Assembly: GCA_035063585.1 (NCBI GenBank)
Contig: JAPSGB010000003.1
Location: forward strand, 192,001 to 256,000
DNA length: 64,000 bases
DNA from: Polyangiaceae bacterium
GTDB taxonomy: Bacteria > Myxococcota_A > Polyangia > Polyangiales > Polyangiaceae
Reading direction: 5' to 3'
This document shows, one piece after another, positions 18,353 through 28,035 of the stretch (positions within the stretch are counted from its first letter, which is position 1; every line of letters starts with the position of its first letter). The notes beneath the pieces were generated by a model. The model was not told where the DNA came from and searched no databases. It was given only the letters and a program-made list of their open reading frames with translations. The translations under genes and the position numbers were made by a program.

Positions 18353-18748
18353 ATGAAGAAGTCGCCCATCAGCGTGGTCAAGGAAAAGTACGACGGCGAG
18401 AAGGCCAAGCTCGTCGCCGCGGTTCGAGCGCTCGCCACCGACGAGCTCTGGCTCGATCGCGTGAACGCGACCAAGGGGCTCGCACACGTGTCGAACGCCA
18501 AGCTCCTGCGCTTGGTGGACATCCTCGGTACCGTGAAGGAGCGGTTCGGAAGCCGCGCCCAGCTCATCGACGCCATCCTGGCGCTCGACGGGCGCAGCAC
18601 GGACGGCGGCTACAAGGCTCGCCTCGCCAAGTTCCCGACGCCGCGGCTCTTCGATCACCACGAGGCCTCCGCCAAGCGTGCTCGCCGCGCCGCGCGGAAG
18701 GCCGCGCACGCGCCCCAGCCGAGCGCGCCGGTCGCCCCGGCCTCGTGA
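18353..18748 (+). CDS. Hypothetical basic protein
   Basis: Clean ORF with GGAG RBS, GC3-biased codons and protein-like composition; no family recognised. Confidence 0.75.
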   Translation: MKKSPISVVKEKYDGEKAKLVAAVRALATDELWLDRVNATKGLAHVSNAKLLRLVDILGTVKERFGSRAQLIDAILALDGRSTDGGYKARLAKFPTPRLFDHHEASAKRARRAARKAAHAPQPSAPVAPAS

Positions 18749-18793
18749 CGGGCGAGCCGAGCGGATGGGCTCGGCGCGCGAGCTCGCGCTCGC

Positions 18794-19303
18794 TCAGAGC
18801 CCCTGCTCGATCAGGTACTGGTTCGTGAAGGCCGCGGCCTTGGCGTAGTTCTGCTCGACGTCCGAGATGACGCGCTTCTCGATCATCCCGCCGACCCCGA
18901 ACACGCGTGCCTCGACGCTCCCCTCATAAATCCGGCGGCACTTGCCGTCGCTCGTCGGCTCGGTGCGGAGCACGCCGGTGATGGTGATCTTGTCCGCGAG
19001 CTTGTTCGGCGTGATTGAGACCTCGAACCGCCGCCTCTGCTTGTCGAAGCGCCCGCTCTCCCGGTAGCCGAGCCCGTCACCGATGAGCTTCTTCAGCGGG
19101 CCGGGGAGCTCGCCGGTCGGCGGGACGAGCTCGACCACTCGCTCGATGGTGTCGCCCCGGTCCGTCTGGCTCACCTTCTCATAGGAGGGGAACCCGAGCG
19201 CATCCCTGAACATGCGCCGGTTGTACTCGTCCTCGAAGAAGAGCTTTCCCCAGTAGGTGTCCTCGCTGCAGTTGAACACGTGCTCGACCCGAACGGTTGC
19301 CAT
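18794..19303 (-). CDS. DUF2505-like (SRPBCC/START-fold) protein
   Basis: 169 aa; size and the VEARVFGVGGMIEKRV C-terminal pattern fit this family. Confidence 0.7.
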   Translation of the reverse strand: MATVRVEHVFNCSEDTYWGKLFFEDEYNRRMFRDALGFPSYEKVSQTDRGDTIERVVELVPPTGELPGPLKKLIGDGLGYRESGRFDKQRRRFEVSITPNKLADKITITGVLRTEPTSDGKCRRIYEGSVEARVFGVGGMIEKRVISDVEQNYAKAAAFTNQYLIEQGL

Positions 19304-19389
19304 GGCCGGGCATCCTAACCACGGGGCTCGGCCGGCGCCATGCCCCAGGGCGCTTCTCCCGCAGGCGGCGCTCGACTAGCCTCGCGAGC

Positions 19390-20151
19390 GTGGCACCGCC
19401 CGCTGCCTCCGAGAACGCCCGAGCGGCGCCCCGTCCGGCCGCGCCTGCGCGCGAGCCGCTCCCGCAGCGCGTGCCCGGTTGGCTCGCGCAGGTGCGGATC
19501 CTCTTTGGCAAGGATCTCGCCATCGAGCTTCGCACCGGGGAGGTGGTGACCACGAGCGGGTTCTTCGCGCTCCTGGTCGTGATCCTCGCGTCGCTCTCGT
19601 TCTACGGCGGGGCCTCGACTCGGCGCTTGGTCGCCTCCGGGGTCATCTGGGTAAGCATCGCGTTCGCCGCGGTACTCGCGCTCGGCCGCACCTGGCAGCG
19701 TGAGCGCGACGAGAGCGCGCTCACTGCGCTCCTCGTCGCGCCGCTCGAGCGGAGCGCCATCTTCGCCGGCAAGGCGCTCGGCGTCTTCGTGTTCCTCACC
19801 GTGGTCGAGCTGGTGGTCATCCCGGCTTCGGCGCTCCTCTTCGCGGTCGATTTGCTCGAGCTCGGCGGCGGGCTCGCGGTCATCGCGCTCGTCGCCACGC
19901 CCGGCATCGCGGCCTCGGGCACGCTCTTCGGCGCCATGACGGTGCGGACGCGCGCGCGCGATCTCATCCTCGCCATCGTGCTCTTCCCCTTGCTCTCGCC
20001 CACGCTGCTCGCTGCGGTGGCCGCCACGCGCGAGCTGCTCGGCGGCGCCGCCATCGGTGAGCTCGGCGACTACTTCAAGTTGATGGGCGTCTTCGATCTG
20101 GTGTTCATCGCGGGCGGGCTCGCGCTCTTCGGCCCGCTCATGGACGGCTGA
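19390..20151 (+). CDS. ccmB: Heme exporter protein CcmB
   Basis: KDLAIELR N-terminus, six hydrophobic segments, ERDESAL, IFAGK and LFPLLSP motifs. Confidence 0.88.
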   Translation: MAPPAASENARAAPRPAAPAREPLPQRVPGWLAQVRILFGKDLAIELRTGEVVTTSGFFALLVVILASLSFYGGASTRRLVASGVIWVSIAFAAVLALGRTWQRERDESALTALLVAPLERSAIFAGKALGVFVFLTVVELVVIPASALLFAVDLLELGGGLAVIALVATPGIAASGTLFGAMTVRTRARDLILAIVLFPLLSPTLLAAVAATRELLGGAAIGELGDYFKLMGVFDLVFIAGGLALFGPLMDG

Positions 20152-20166
20152 GCTCGAGCACCGGCT

Positions 20167-21429
20167 TCATCCGAGCGAGCGCGCCACCGCCCGAGCCACG
20201 CGCTCGCCGTCCTCGGCGCTGCCGCCCGCGGCTCCGGCGACCTCCCCGGCGCACCAGAGGTTCGGCGCCGCGAGGCCCGCGTCGTCGACGACCGGGAAGA
20301 AGCCGCGCGCGGGGTCGAAACGCGTGGTCGCGCCCGCCTGCACGGCGAGCTCGAAGGACGGCGCGCGCGGCGCATCGACGATGAGCGCGTCGGCGTCGAC
20401 GCGACGCTCGCCCGCGCCGTCGAAAAGCACGACGCCGCGCACGGCAGAGCGCCCGCGCACGCCGAGGAGCGCTCCGAGCGTCACGCGCTCGAGCGCCATG
20501 CGGCTCCCTGCCTCGCGCGCCAGGGCGTCGCTCACCGGGCCCTCACCGGCGAGCACCGCGCGCTCGGCCGGCAGGACCCCTGCGCGCCACAGTCGGAGCG
20601 CCGCCCGCGCGCTCATCACGCCGGGCAGATCGTTGTTGCCGATGGTGGGCGGAGTGTCGTGCGCGCCGCTCGCGACGATGACGCGCCGCGCGAGCACGAG
20701 CGCCGCGCCGCGCGGTGTGGAGAGCAGCGCGTGGAGCCGGCCCTCGGGATGGGGCGGCTCGCGGGTGAGCGCGAGGGCGGTGGTCTCCTGCTCGACGCGC
20801 GCGCCAGCGCCGCGGGCTCGGTCGAGCCAGCGTGCTGCCGCCGCGGGCTCGACCAGCGCGAGCGTGCCGCCCGGGGAGAGGTCGTCATCGACGAGGAGCG
20901 CGCGGCCTCCGAGCGCTGCCGCAGCGGCGAGCCCGGTCGCGCCGCCACCCACCACGAGCACGTCGGTCTCGCGTCGCTCGGCCGCCACCGGCGCGCGGGT
21001 CGCGTCCGGGAGTCGCCCGAGCCCGGCGATGCGGCGCGCGATCCGCTGAACCACCGGCGAGAGGCCGGCGACTCCGGCAAACAGGCGATGGTGATCCATA
21101 CCGCGTGGGAACAGGAAATCGGTGGCGCGGAGCGCGTCGAGCTTTCGCGTGCCCACGACGTTCTGCGTCTCCACCACCTCGCCGCCGCGCACCGCGTGGC
21201 GGCAGGTCATCACGTTCGGCACGCCGTCGACTCGCGCGAGGCAGCCCTCGCAACCGCCGCGCAGGCACCAGGCGCCGCGCGGGCGGTGCAGCTTCGAGCT
21301 CCTCGAGAGCGGGCCGCGCCCGGCGGCGAGGAGCGCGATCGCGAGCGGTTCCCCGCGCTCCGCGGTGACGCTCGCGCCGTCATGCGTGAGGGTCACCGGG
21401 TCGGAGAGCACTGAGAGGCGGCGGGCCAT
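20167..21429 (-). CDS. 2Fe-2S + FAD-dependent oxidoreductase (sarcosine oxidase alpha / HcnAB-like)
   Basis: RPRGAWCLRGGCEGCL...NVMTC Fer2_4 domain; VLVVGGGATG FAD-binding motif. Confidence 0.82.
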   Translation of the reverse strand: MARRLSVLSDPVTLTHDGASVTAERGEPLAIALLAAGRGPLSRSSKLHRPRGAWCLRGGCEGCLARVDGVPNVMTCRHAVRGGEVVETQNVVGTRKLDALRATDFLFPRGMDHHRLFAGVAGLSPVVQRIARRIAGLGRLPDATRAPVAAERRETDVLVVGGGATGLAAAAALGGRALLVDDDLSPGGTLALVEPAAAARWLDRARGAGARVEQETTALALTREPPHPEGRLHALLSTPRGAALVLARRVIVASGAHDTPPTIGNNDLPGVMSARAALRLWRAGVLPAERAVLAGEGPVSDALAREAGSRMALERVTLGALLGVRGRSAVRGVVLFDGAGERRVDADALIVDAPRAPSFELAVQAGATTRFDPARGFFPVVDDAGLAAPNLWCAGEVAGAAGGSAEDGERVARAVARSLG

Positions 21430-21526
21430 GCGCGGGTCTCGGGATTTCTGCACGGCTCGCCCGGGCGTTCAAGCGGCGGGGCCAGCGACGGTCGGGCCCG
21501 GAGGTGCTAGGGTCGCGGGCGTCAGG

Positions 21527-22141
21527 ATGCGGCTCGGTCTCTTGGGTCCTGCGGAAGATCGCGAAGAAGCGCTGGAGCGCGCGGTCGAGTTTCTGTTCCA
21601 GGACGTCGCCGTCGGGCGGGCGGTCTACCTCGGCGTCGATCAAGCGCTCGAGCGCGTGGTGCGCCGGCGCGCCGAGCAGCTGGTCGGCGGCGATCCGGAC
21701 GACGACGCGATCTGGCGGCGTGCCGCCGAGGCCTGCGCGCGCGCGAGCGCCGCCGAGATCGACTCCTTCATCGTCGTCGAGCGCGAGCGGCGCGCGCTCT
21801 CGGTCTTCGAGTCCTTGCCGGGTAACGGGAAGTGCGTCATCGAGCTGCTAAATGGAAAACTCGTGGTGATGACCCACGACAAGGCCGACCTCGACGAGGA
21901 GGACATCCTGCCCGCGTCACTGCTCGTGTTCGGCAAGAGCGCGCAGCCCTTGGTGAAGCAGGTCGGCTCACGCTGGTTCCTCGCGCCGGGGCACCTCGGT
22001 GAGTTTGGCGTGATGACGCTCGAGGATCACGACGACGGGATTCACCTCGCGCTCTTCGACTCCGCGGGCCGGGAAGTGCGTCGCGAGCGGCTCATCGCCG
22101 CGCATCAGCCGAAGCTCCGCGTCACCGGTGCGGCCGACTGA
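21527..22141 (+). CDS. Hypothetical protein with a degenerate YfcE-like metallophosphoesterase fold
   Basis: MRLGLLG start, AVYLGVD, VVMTHD and LVFGKSAQP...FLAPG match the motif order of YfcE/MJ0936, but most metal ligands are missing. Confidence 0.6.
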   Translation: MRLGLLGPAEDREEALERAVEFLFQDVAVGRAVYLGVDQALERVVRRRAEQLVGGDPDDDAIWRRAAEACARASAAEIDSFIVVERERRALSVFESLPGNGKCVIELLNGKLVVMTHDKADLDEEDILPASLLVFGKSAQPLVKQVGSRWFLAPGHLGEFGVMTLEDHDDGIHLALFDSAGREVRRERLIAAHQPKLRVTGAAD

Positions 22142-22155
22142 CCCGGGAGGGGCCC

Positions 22156-22719
22156 GTGCTCACTGCGTTCTACGGAGGCAGCTTCGATCCGCCGCACATC
22201 GCCCACGTGTTTGCGGTGACCTATCTTCGCGCGGTCGGCGGTTTCGATCACGTGCTCATAGCGCCAGTCTTTCGTCATGCCTTCTACAAGCAGCTCACGA
22301 GCTTCGACGATCGGGTGGCGATGGGCGAGCTCGCGATGGGCTGGCTGCCCGGCGTGGAGGTGTCGCGCATCGAGGAGCGGCTCTCCACGCCGAGCTACAC
22401 CCTGAACACGCTCCGTGCGCTCATCGCGGAGCGCCCGGGAGAGCGATTCCGGCTGGTCGTCGGCTCGGACGTCCTCAGCGAGACTTGCAAGTGGCACGCC
22501 TTCGACGAAATCAGTGAGCTTGCCCCGCCGTTCGTGCTCGAGCGCGCGGGGTTCACCGGTGAGTGCGGCGGCCGCCAGCCGCTCCTCCCCCGGGTGTCCT
22601 CGACCGAAGTACGGCGACACCTCGCCTGTCGTGGCTCATCGTTCGCCGACGCCGAGCTCGCGCGCATGGTGCCCTCTCGCGTGCTCGAATACATCGACGC
22701 GCGGGGGCTCTACCGATGA
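22156..22719 (+). CDS. nadD: Nicotinate-nucleotide adenylyltransferase
   Basis: YGGSFDPPHIAH, SYTLNTL, VGSD, KW, VSSTEVR and YIDARGLY motifs. Confidence 0.92.
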   Translation: MLTAFYGGSFDPPHIAHVFAVTYLRAVGGFDHVLIAPVFRHAFYKQLTSFDDRVAMGELAMGWLPGVEVSRIEERLSTPSYTLNTLRALIAERPGERFRLVVGSDVLSETCKWHAFDEISELAPPFVLERAGFTGECGGRQPLLPRVSSTEVRRHLACRGSSFADAELARMVPSRVLEYIDARGLYR

Positions 22720-23624
22720 ACATCGCCATCATCGGCGCGGGCAAGGTAGGAGGCGCGCTCGCGCGCGCGCTCCGGGCGGCCGGCGCCCAGGTGACGCTCC
22801 GCGCGGCCCGCCGCCGCCTGCCGGCGCGCCCCATCGCCGCCGAGCTCCTGGTGCTCGCGGTTCGCGATCACGCCATCACGCCGCTCGCCCATGAGCTCGC
22901 GCGGGCGGGGAGCGTGCGCTCGGCGACCGCCGTCGTGCACCTGTCGGGAGCGCTCGGCCCGGAGGCGCTCGCGCCGCTCGCCGAGCGCGCGGCGGGGGTC
23001 GGACAGGCGCACCCGATGCTCTCGTTCGCCGCGCCCGGTGCAGCGCCCGCGCTCCCGGGCGCGCACTGGCTGCTCACCGGGGACCCTGCCGCGGTCCGCG
23101 CCGCCCGCCGCATGGCGCGGCTGCTCCGGATGCGAGCGCACGAATGGCCCGGGGTCGATCGCGCGCTCTATCACGCCGCGGGCGGGCTCGTCGCCAACGG
23201 GGTCGCTGCCCTCGCCGCGGCGGGCGCGGAGCTGCTCGAGCGCGCCGGAGTGCCACCGCACGAAGCGCCGCGCCTGCTCGGTCCGCTCATCGAGAGCGTG
23301 GGGGCCAACGTGCTCAGGCTCGGCCTACCCGAGGCCCTGAGCGGCCCGGTGCGGCGCGGCGACGCCGCCGCCATCCGCGCGCACCTGGCGCGCATCGGCG
23401 CGCGCGCGCCGGGCGTCCTCCCGCTCTATCTCGCGCTCGCTCGCGCGCAGCTCCCGCTCGCTCGCGCGCTCGGCGACGCCGCGAGCGACGAGCTCGACGC
23501 GGTCGCGCGGGTGCTCGCGCTCCCCGGCGGGCGGGGGGAGCGGGCCGCCAGGTCGGCGGGCCGCGGCGCGCGGGCGGGCCCCGCGGACCCGCGCCGGGCC
23601 GGCAGGCCCCAGCGGCCGCGCTGA
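22716..23624 (+). CDS. Rossmann-like + DUF2520 domain oxidoreductase (PanG-like)
   Basis: IIGAGKVG, HLSGA, HPMLSF, YHAA and LSGPVRRGD motifs; ATGA overlap with nadD. Confidence 0.88.
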   Translation: MNIAIIGAGKVGGALARALRAAGAQVTLRAARRRLPARPIAAELLVLAVRDHAITPLAHELARAGSVRSATAVVHLSGALGPEALAPLAERAAGVGQAHPMLSFAAPGAAPALPGAHWLLTGDPAAVRAARRMARLLRMRAHEWPGVDRALYHAAGGLVANGVAALAAAGAELLERAGVPPHEAPRLLGPLIESVGANVLRLGLPEALSGPVRRGDAAAIRAHLARIGARAPGVLPLYLALARAQLPLARALGDAASDELDAVARVLALPGGRGERAARSAGRGARAGPADPRRAGRPQRPR

Positions 23625-23651
23625 ACGCACCGGCTCCTCGCGCGGGTCGAG

Positions 23652-24881
23652 TCAGTCAGCCCGCTCGAAGAGGAGCGCGCAGTTGTGTCCGCCGAAACCG
23701 GCGCTCGTCTTGAGCGCGTAGCGCACGTCGGCCGCGCGCGGCTCGCGCACCACGTCGAGGTCGAACACCGGATCGAGCTCATCGACGTTGATCGACGGGT
23801 GGAGCCGCTGATCTCGGAGGGTGCACACGCACGCGATGCTCTCGGCCGCGCCCGCGCCGCCGAGCAGGTGGCCGATCATGCTCTTGGTCGCCGAGATCGG
23901 GATCCTCGGGAGCCTGTCACCGAACACCGCCTGAAACGCCCGGTACTCGGCGACGTCGCCCGCCGGCGTGGAGGTCGCGTGCGGGTTCAAGTAGCCGACC
24001 TCCGCCGGCGTGATACCCGCGCGGCGCAGCGCCGCGTTCATGGCGAGCGCGAGGCCGAGCCCCTCCGGGTGTGGTCGCGTCATGTGCTCGGCGTCGCTCG
24101 ACATGCCCCAGCCGCTGAGCCACGCGAGCGGACGCGCGCCGCGGCGCCGCGCGTGCTCCTCGCTCTCGAGCACCAGCGTGCCGGCGCCCTCGCCGATCAC
24201 GAAGCCGTTACGCTGCTTGTCGTAAGGCCGGGAGGCACGCCTCGGATCGCCCTCGAAGGCGCGCGTGAGCGCGCGCGCGTTGCCGAACCCGGCGATGGTG
24301 CTCGGGCGCGTGGCGGCCTCGCCGCCGCCGGCGAGCACGACATCGGCGTCGCCGCTCGCGATGAGCGTCGCGCCGATCGCGAGGGAGTGCGCGGAGGTCG
24401 CGCAGGCGCTCACGATGTTGAAGCTCGGGCCCATCAGGCCGAGCTTGGTGGTCACCATGCCCGAGAGGGCGTTCGGCATGGCGGTCGGGATGAAGTACGG
24501 CGACACCGAGCGCGGGCCTCGGGTCGGGATCCGCTGGAGCTGGTCCTCGAAGATCTCGACCGAGCCCTGCCCCGACGAGACCAGGACCCCGACCCGCGTC
24601 TTGTCGACCTCCTCGAGCTTCGCCTGGCGCGCCGCCTCGAGCGTGGCGGCGTAGCCGAGCACGGTGATGCGCCCGGTGTGGCTGAGCTCGCGAGGCTCGA
24701 GCACGGTCGTCCCGTCGAAGCCGCGCACGCTGGCCGCGATGTCGGTCCGCAGGTTGTCGGTCGGGAATTCGGTGATGAAATCCACCCCGGAGCGGCCGCT
24801 CGAGAGCCCCTCCCAGGAGCTCTCGACGTCCAGCCCCAGCGGAGAGAGGAGTCCGAGCCCGGTGATGGCGACGCGAGGCAT
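23652..24881 (-). CDS. fabF: Beta-ketoacyl-ACP synthase II (FabF-like)
   Basis: Catalytic Cys in SACATSAH, His in PHATST and GHLLG; GFGGHN C-terminus. Confidence 0.92.
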   Translation of the reverse strand: MPRVAITGLGLLSPLGLDVESSWEGLSSGRSGVDFITEFPTDNLRTDIAASVRGFDGTTVLEPRELSHTGRITVLGYAATLEAARQAKLEEVDKTRVGVLVSSGQGSVEIFEDQLQRIPTRGPRSVSPYFIPTAMPNALSGMVTTKLGLMGPSFNIVSACATSAHSLAIGATLIASGDADVVLAGGGEAATRPSTIAGFGNARALTRAFEGDPRRASRPYDKQRNGFVIGEGAGTLVLESEEHARRRGARPLAWLSGWGMSSDAEHMTRPHPEGLGLALAMNAALRRAGITPAEVGYLNPHATSTPAGDVAEYRAFQAVFGDRLPRIPISATKSMIGHLLGGAGAAESIACVCTLRDQRLHPSINVDELDPVFDLDVVREPRAADVRYALKTSAGFGGHNCALLFERAD

Positions 24882-25054
24882 CGCGGACCGAATAGCAAAT
24901 CGGCGCGCAGGCGTCATCGGCCGGGCCCGGGCGCCGCCCGCGCCCGCGCGCGGCGCGGCCGAGTCCCGAGAGTCCCGAAGCCGCCGGTGAGAACGGCGGT
25001 TCGCGGCGGTTTTTCTATGGTGGAGCGCCGCGCTCCGCGCTATTGGCCGCCCCG

Positions 25055-26758
25055 ATGGATGCACCGGAGCCCGGGCTCGCGCTGCTCGAGAGCGCCGACG
25101 AGAATCGTCCGCCCCAAGACACGCTGCTCAGCGCGCTCGACGCCGCCGTCGCGAGCGGGTCGCCGTTCCTCACCCTGCACCAAGGCCGCCAGCGGACCGA
25201 GCTCGGCTTCCGTGAGGCGCGCGAGGGCGCCTGGCGCGTCGCGGCTGCGCTCCGTGGCAGGGGGATCGAGCGCGGCGCCCGCGTCGCGCTGCTCCTGCCG
25301 ACCTCCACGCTCTTCGTCGAGGCCCTCCTCGGCGCGATGATGGCCGGCGCGATCCCGGTGCCGCTCGCCTCGCCGATGACCTTCGGCGGCGTGGAGCGAT
25401 ACCTGAAGAACCTCACCGTGATCCTGAAGGACGCCGGCGTCGAGTGGCTCATCACCTATCCGCGCATCGAGGAGGCGGTTGCGAAGGATGACGAGCTCCG
25501 CGCGATGCTCACCCACGTCCTCACCGAGGCGGATCTCGACGGCGCGGCGCCGCTCGATCCCCGGAGCGCGTCGATCTCGAGCTCGGATATCGCCTTCCTC
25601 CAGTACACCTCGGGCACCACCGGGCGGCCGAAGGGCGTCATGATTTCGCACCGTGCGCTGGTGGCGAACACGTTCTCGATCGCGCACGGCATGAACCAGA
25701 CGAGCGCGGACGTGGGCGTGAGCTGGCTCCCGCTCTTCCACGACATGGGCCTCATCGGCGCGCTGCTTCGCGCGATTTGTCACCCGACTCCGCTCCATGT
25801 GATGCCGCCGGAGCGGTTCATCGTGAAGCCGCTCGGGTGGCTCAAGCTCATCAGCGAGGTGGGAGCCACCCTCTCGCCGGCGCCGAATTTCGCTTACGAT
25901 CTCTGCACCACCCGCATCGCGGACGTGGAGGGTCTGAAGCTTCACACCTGGCGGGTGGCGCTGAACGGTTCGGAGCCGGTCCACGCGCCGACGCTTGGGA
26001 AATTCCAGGAGAAATTCGGCCCCGTGGGCTTCGCCGCGGGCTCCATGATGCCCGTCTACGGTATGGCCGAGGCGACCCTCGCGGTCACCTTCTCGCCGGT
26101 CGAGCGCGGGCCATCGCTGCTCACCCTGGACCGCCGCGCGCTCGACGAGGAGAGCCGCGCGCGGCCCGCCGGCGGCGGCCCGTCTCGCGCCGCGGTGTCG
26201 GTCGGGGTGCCGCTCGCTGGCATGCGCGTCTCGGTGGTCGATGACTCGGGCGGGCCTGCGCCACAGGGCGCGGTCGGCGAGGTGCGGGTGTCGGGTCCGT
26301 CGTTGATGGACGGCTACTTCCGCAACGACGACGCGAGCGCGGCCGCGCTCAAGGACGGCTGGCTCATGACCGGCGATCTCGGCTTCATCGCCGACGGGCG
26401 GCTCTACATCGTCGGTCGCGCCAAGGAGATGGTCATCAAGGCCGGGAGGAACCTCTATCCCTACGACGTCGAGCGCGTGGTGGGCGAGCTCGTGGGGGTG
26501 CGACTCGGGGGAGTGGCCGCGTTCGGCCGCGAGAATGAGGCGACCGGCACCGACGATCTCGTGGTGGTCGCCGAGACCAGCGAGAAGGATCCCTCGGAGC
26601 GCGAGGCGCTCGAGCGTGCCATCCGCGGTGAGGTGCTGGCCGTGCTCGGCGTGGGCGTCGACGACGTGCGACTCTGGCCGGTCGGGAGCGTGCCTCGCAC
26701 CTCGAGCGGCAAGATCCGCCGCAAGGAGTGCGCGCGGCTGGTCGGAGAGGCCGGCTAG
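25055..26758 (+). CDS. Fatty acyl-AMP ligase (FAAL)
   Basis: FLQYTSGTTGRPKG, SWLPLFHDMGLIG, YGMAEATL and RTSSGKIRR motifs typical of FAALs. Confidence 0.92.
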   Translation: MDAPEPGLALLESADENRPPQDTLLSALDAAVASGSPFLTLHQGRQRTELGFREAREGAWRVAAALRGRGIERGARVALLLPTSTLFVEALLGAMMAGAIPVPLASPMTFGGVERYLKNLTVILKDAGVEWLITYPRIEEAVAKDDELRAMLTHVLTEADLDGAAPLDPRSASISSSDIAFLQYTSGTTGRPKGVMISHRALVANTFSIAHGMNQTSADVGVSWLPLFHDMGLIGALLRAICHPTPLHVMPPERFIVKPLGWLKLISEVGATLSPAPNFAYDLCTTRIADVEGLKLHTWRVALNGSEPVHAPTLGKFQEKFGPVGFAAGSMMPVYGMAEATLAVTFSPVERGPSLLTLDRRALDEESRARPAGGGPSRAAVSVGVPLAGMRVSVVDDSGGPAPQGAVGEVRVSGPSLMDGYFRNDDASAAALKDGWLMTGDLGFIADGRLYIVGRAKEMVIKAGRNLYPYDVERVVGELVGVRLGGVAAFGRENEATGTDDLVVVAETSEKDPSEREALERAIRGEVLAVLGVGVDDVRLWPVGSVPRTSSGKIRRKECARLVGEAG

Positions 26759-26759
26759 C

Positions 26760-27776
26760 GTGAAGCGCGCGCTGGTCATCGGCGGCACTGGGTTCGTCGG
26801 CATCAACCTGGTCGATGCGCTCCTCGCCGCGGGGGTCGAGGTGCGCGTGAGCACGCGGCCCTCGAGCGCGACCTTGTTGCTCCGCAAGCGGAAGATCGAG
26901 CGCGCCGCGGCTTCCCTCGAGGATCCGGAGGCACTCCGCCGCGCGATGGACGGCTGCGACGTCGTGTATCTCGCGGGCGGCTATTACCCGCGATACTCGC
27001 TCAGCCTCGAGGCGTCGCTCGCAGAGGGGGTGCCGGGCGTCCGCAACGCGTGCGAAGCCGCCCTCGCCGCCGGCGTCGAGCGCTTCGTGTACACCTCGAC
27101 CGTCGCGATCTTGGGCCCCGCCCCCGAGGGCCGCGCCGCCGACGAGCGAGATCTGCTCGCCGAGATGCCCGAGGGCAGCGTCTACCGCGGGGTGAAGTGG
27201 GCGATGGAGCGCGAGCTCGAGGCCGCGCGCGCGCGCGGCCTCGGTACCGTGAGCATGCTCACCGGCGGATGCGTCGGCCCGAACGATCTCAAGGTCGGCA
27301 GCGGCGCCTTCATCGTCGGGGTCGTGACGGGCGCGCTCCCCTGGCTCGTCGACGGTTTCATCAACATCGTGGACGTAGGCGATGTCGCGCTCGCGCACGT
27401 GCGCGCCGCCTCGGCGCCCGCCGGCTCGCGGTACTGCGTGGCCGGCCATGACCTCCGGATCCGCGCGCTGCTCGAGCGAGTGGCTCGCCGCTACGGCGGG
27501 AAGGTGCCGAGCTTGGAATTGGATGCCGGTGCGGCGCGGGAACGCGCCGAGGCGGACGAGCGCGCGGCCGCGCCGAAGCGCGCGCGTGTGCCGATCCCGC
27601 GCGAGATGGTCGACATGGTCACTCACGGCCAGCCCGTGAGCAGCGCGCGAGTCACGCGCGAGCTCGGCGTCGAGTTTTCTCCCTTGGACGACGCTCTGGA
27701 TCGCGCCTATGACTGGTTCGCGAAGTTGAAGCTGGTTCCGCCCCGCGAGATGAGGAGTACCCATGACCACGTCTGA
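26760..27776 (+). CDS. Extended SDR / NAD-dependent epimerase-dehydratase
   Basis: GGTGFVG NAD-binding motif, YTST and YRGVK (YxxxK); GTG start 2 nt after the FAAL stop. Confidence 0.88.
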   Translation: MKRALVIGGTGFVGINLVDALLAAGVEVRVSTRPSSATLLLRKRKIERAAASLEDPEALRRAMDGCDVVYLAGGYYPRYSLSLEASLAEGVPGVRNACEAALAAGVERFVYTSTVAILGPAPEGRAADERDLLAEMPEGSVYRGVKWAMERELEAARARGLGTVSMLTGGCVGPNDLKVGSGAFIVGVVTGALPWLVDGFINIVDVGDVALAHVRAASAPAGSRYCVAGHDLRIRALLERVARRYGGKVPSLELDAGAARERAEADERAAAPKRARVPIPREMVDMVTHGQPVSSARVTRELGVEFSPLDDALDRAYDWFAKLKLVPPREMRSTHDHV

Positions 27777-28035
27777 GGCGTCGACTCGCGAGCGCGTCGT
27801 CGCGATGGTCGCCCAAATCCTGAAGGTCGATCCGAGCAAGATCAGCGGCAAGGACCGCTTGCGCGAAGATCTCGGCATGGATTCGCTCGCCAGCCTCGAG
27901 CTCCTCTCGTGCATCAGTGACGAGCTCGACGTGGACATCGAGCTCGACGAGGCCATGTCGCTCGTGACCATCGACGACGCCTGCGCGTTCGTGGACCGGG
28001 TCCGCGCGGAGCAGCGTGGCGGCGCCGCCTCCTGA
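27763..28035 (+). CDS. Acyl carrier protein
   Basis: 90 aa acidic protein with DLGMDSL phosphopantetheine site; GAGGAG RBS. Confidence 0.93.
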   Translation: MTTSEASTRERVVAMVAQILKVDPSKISGKDRLREDLGMDSLASLELLSCISDELDVDIELDEAMSLVTIDDACAFVDRVRAEQRGGAAS

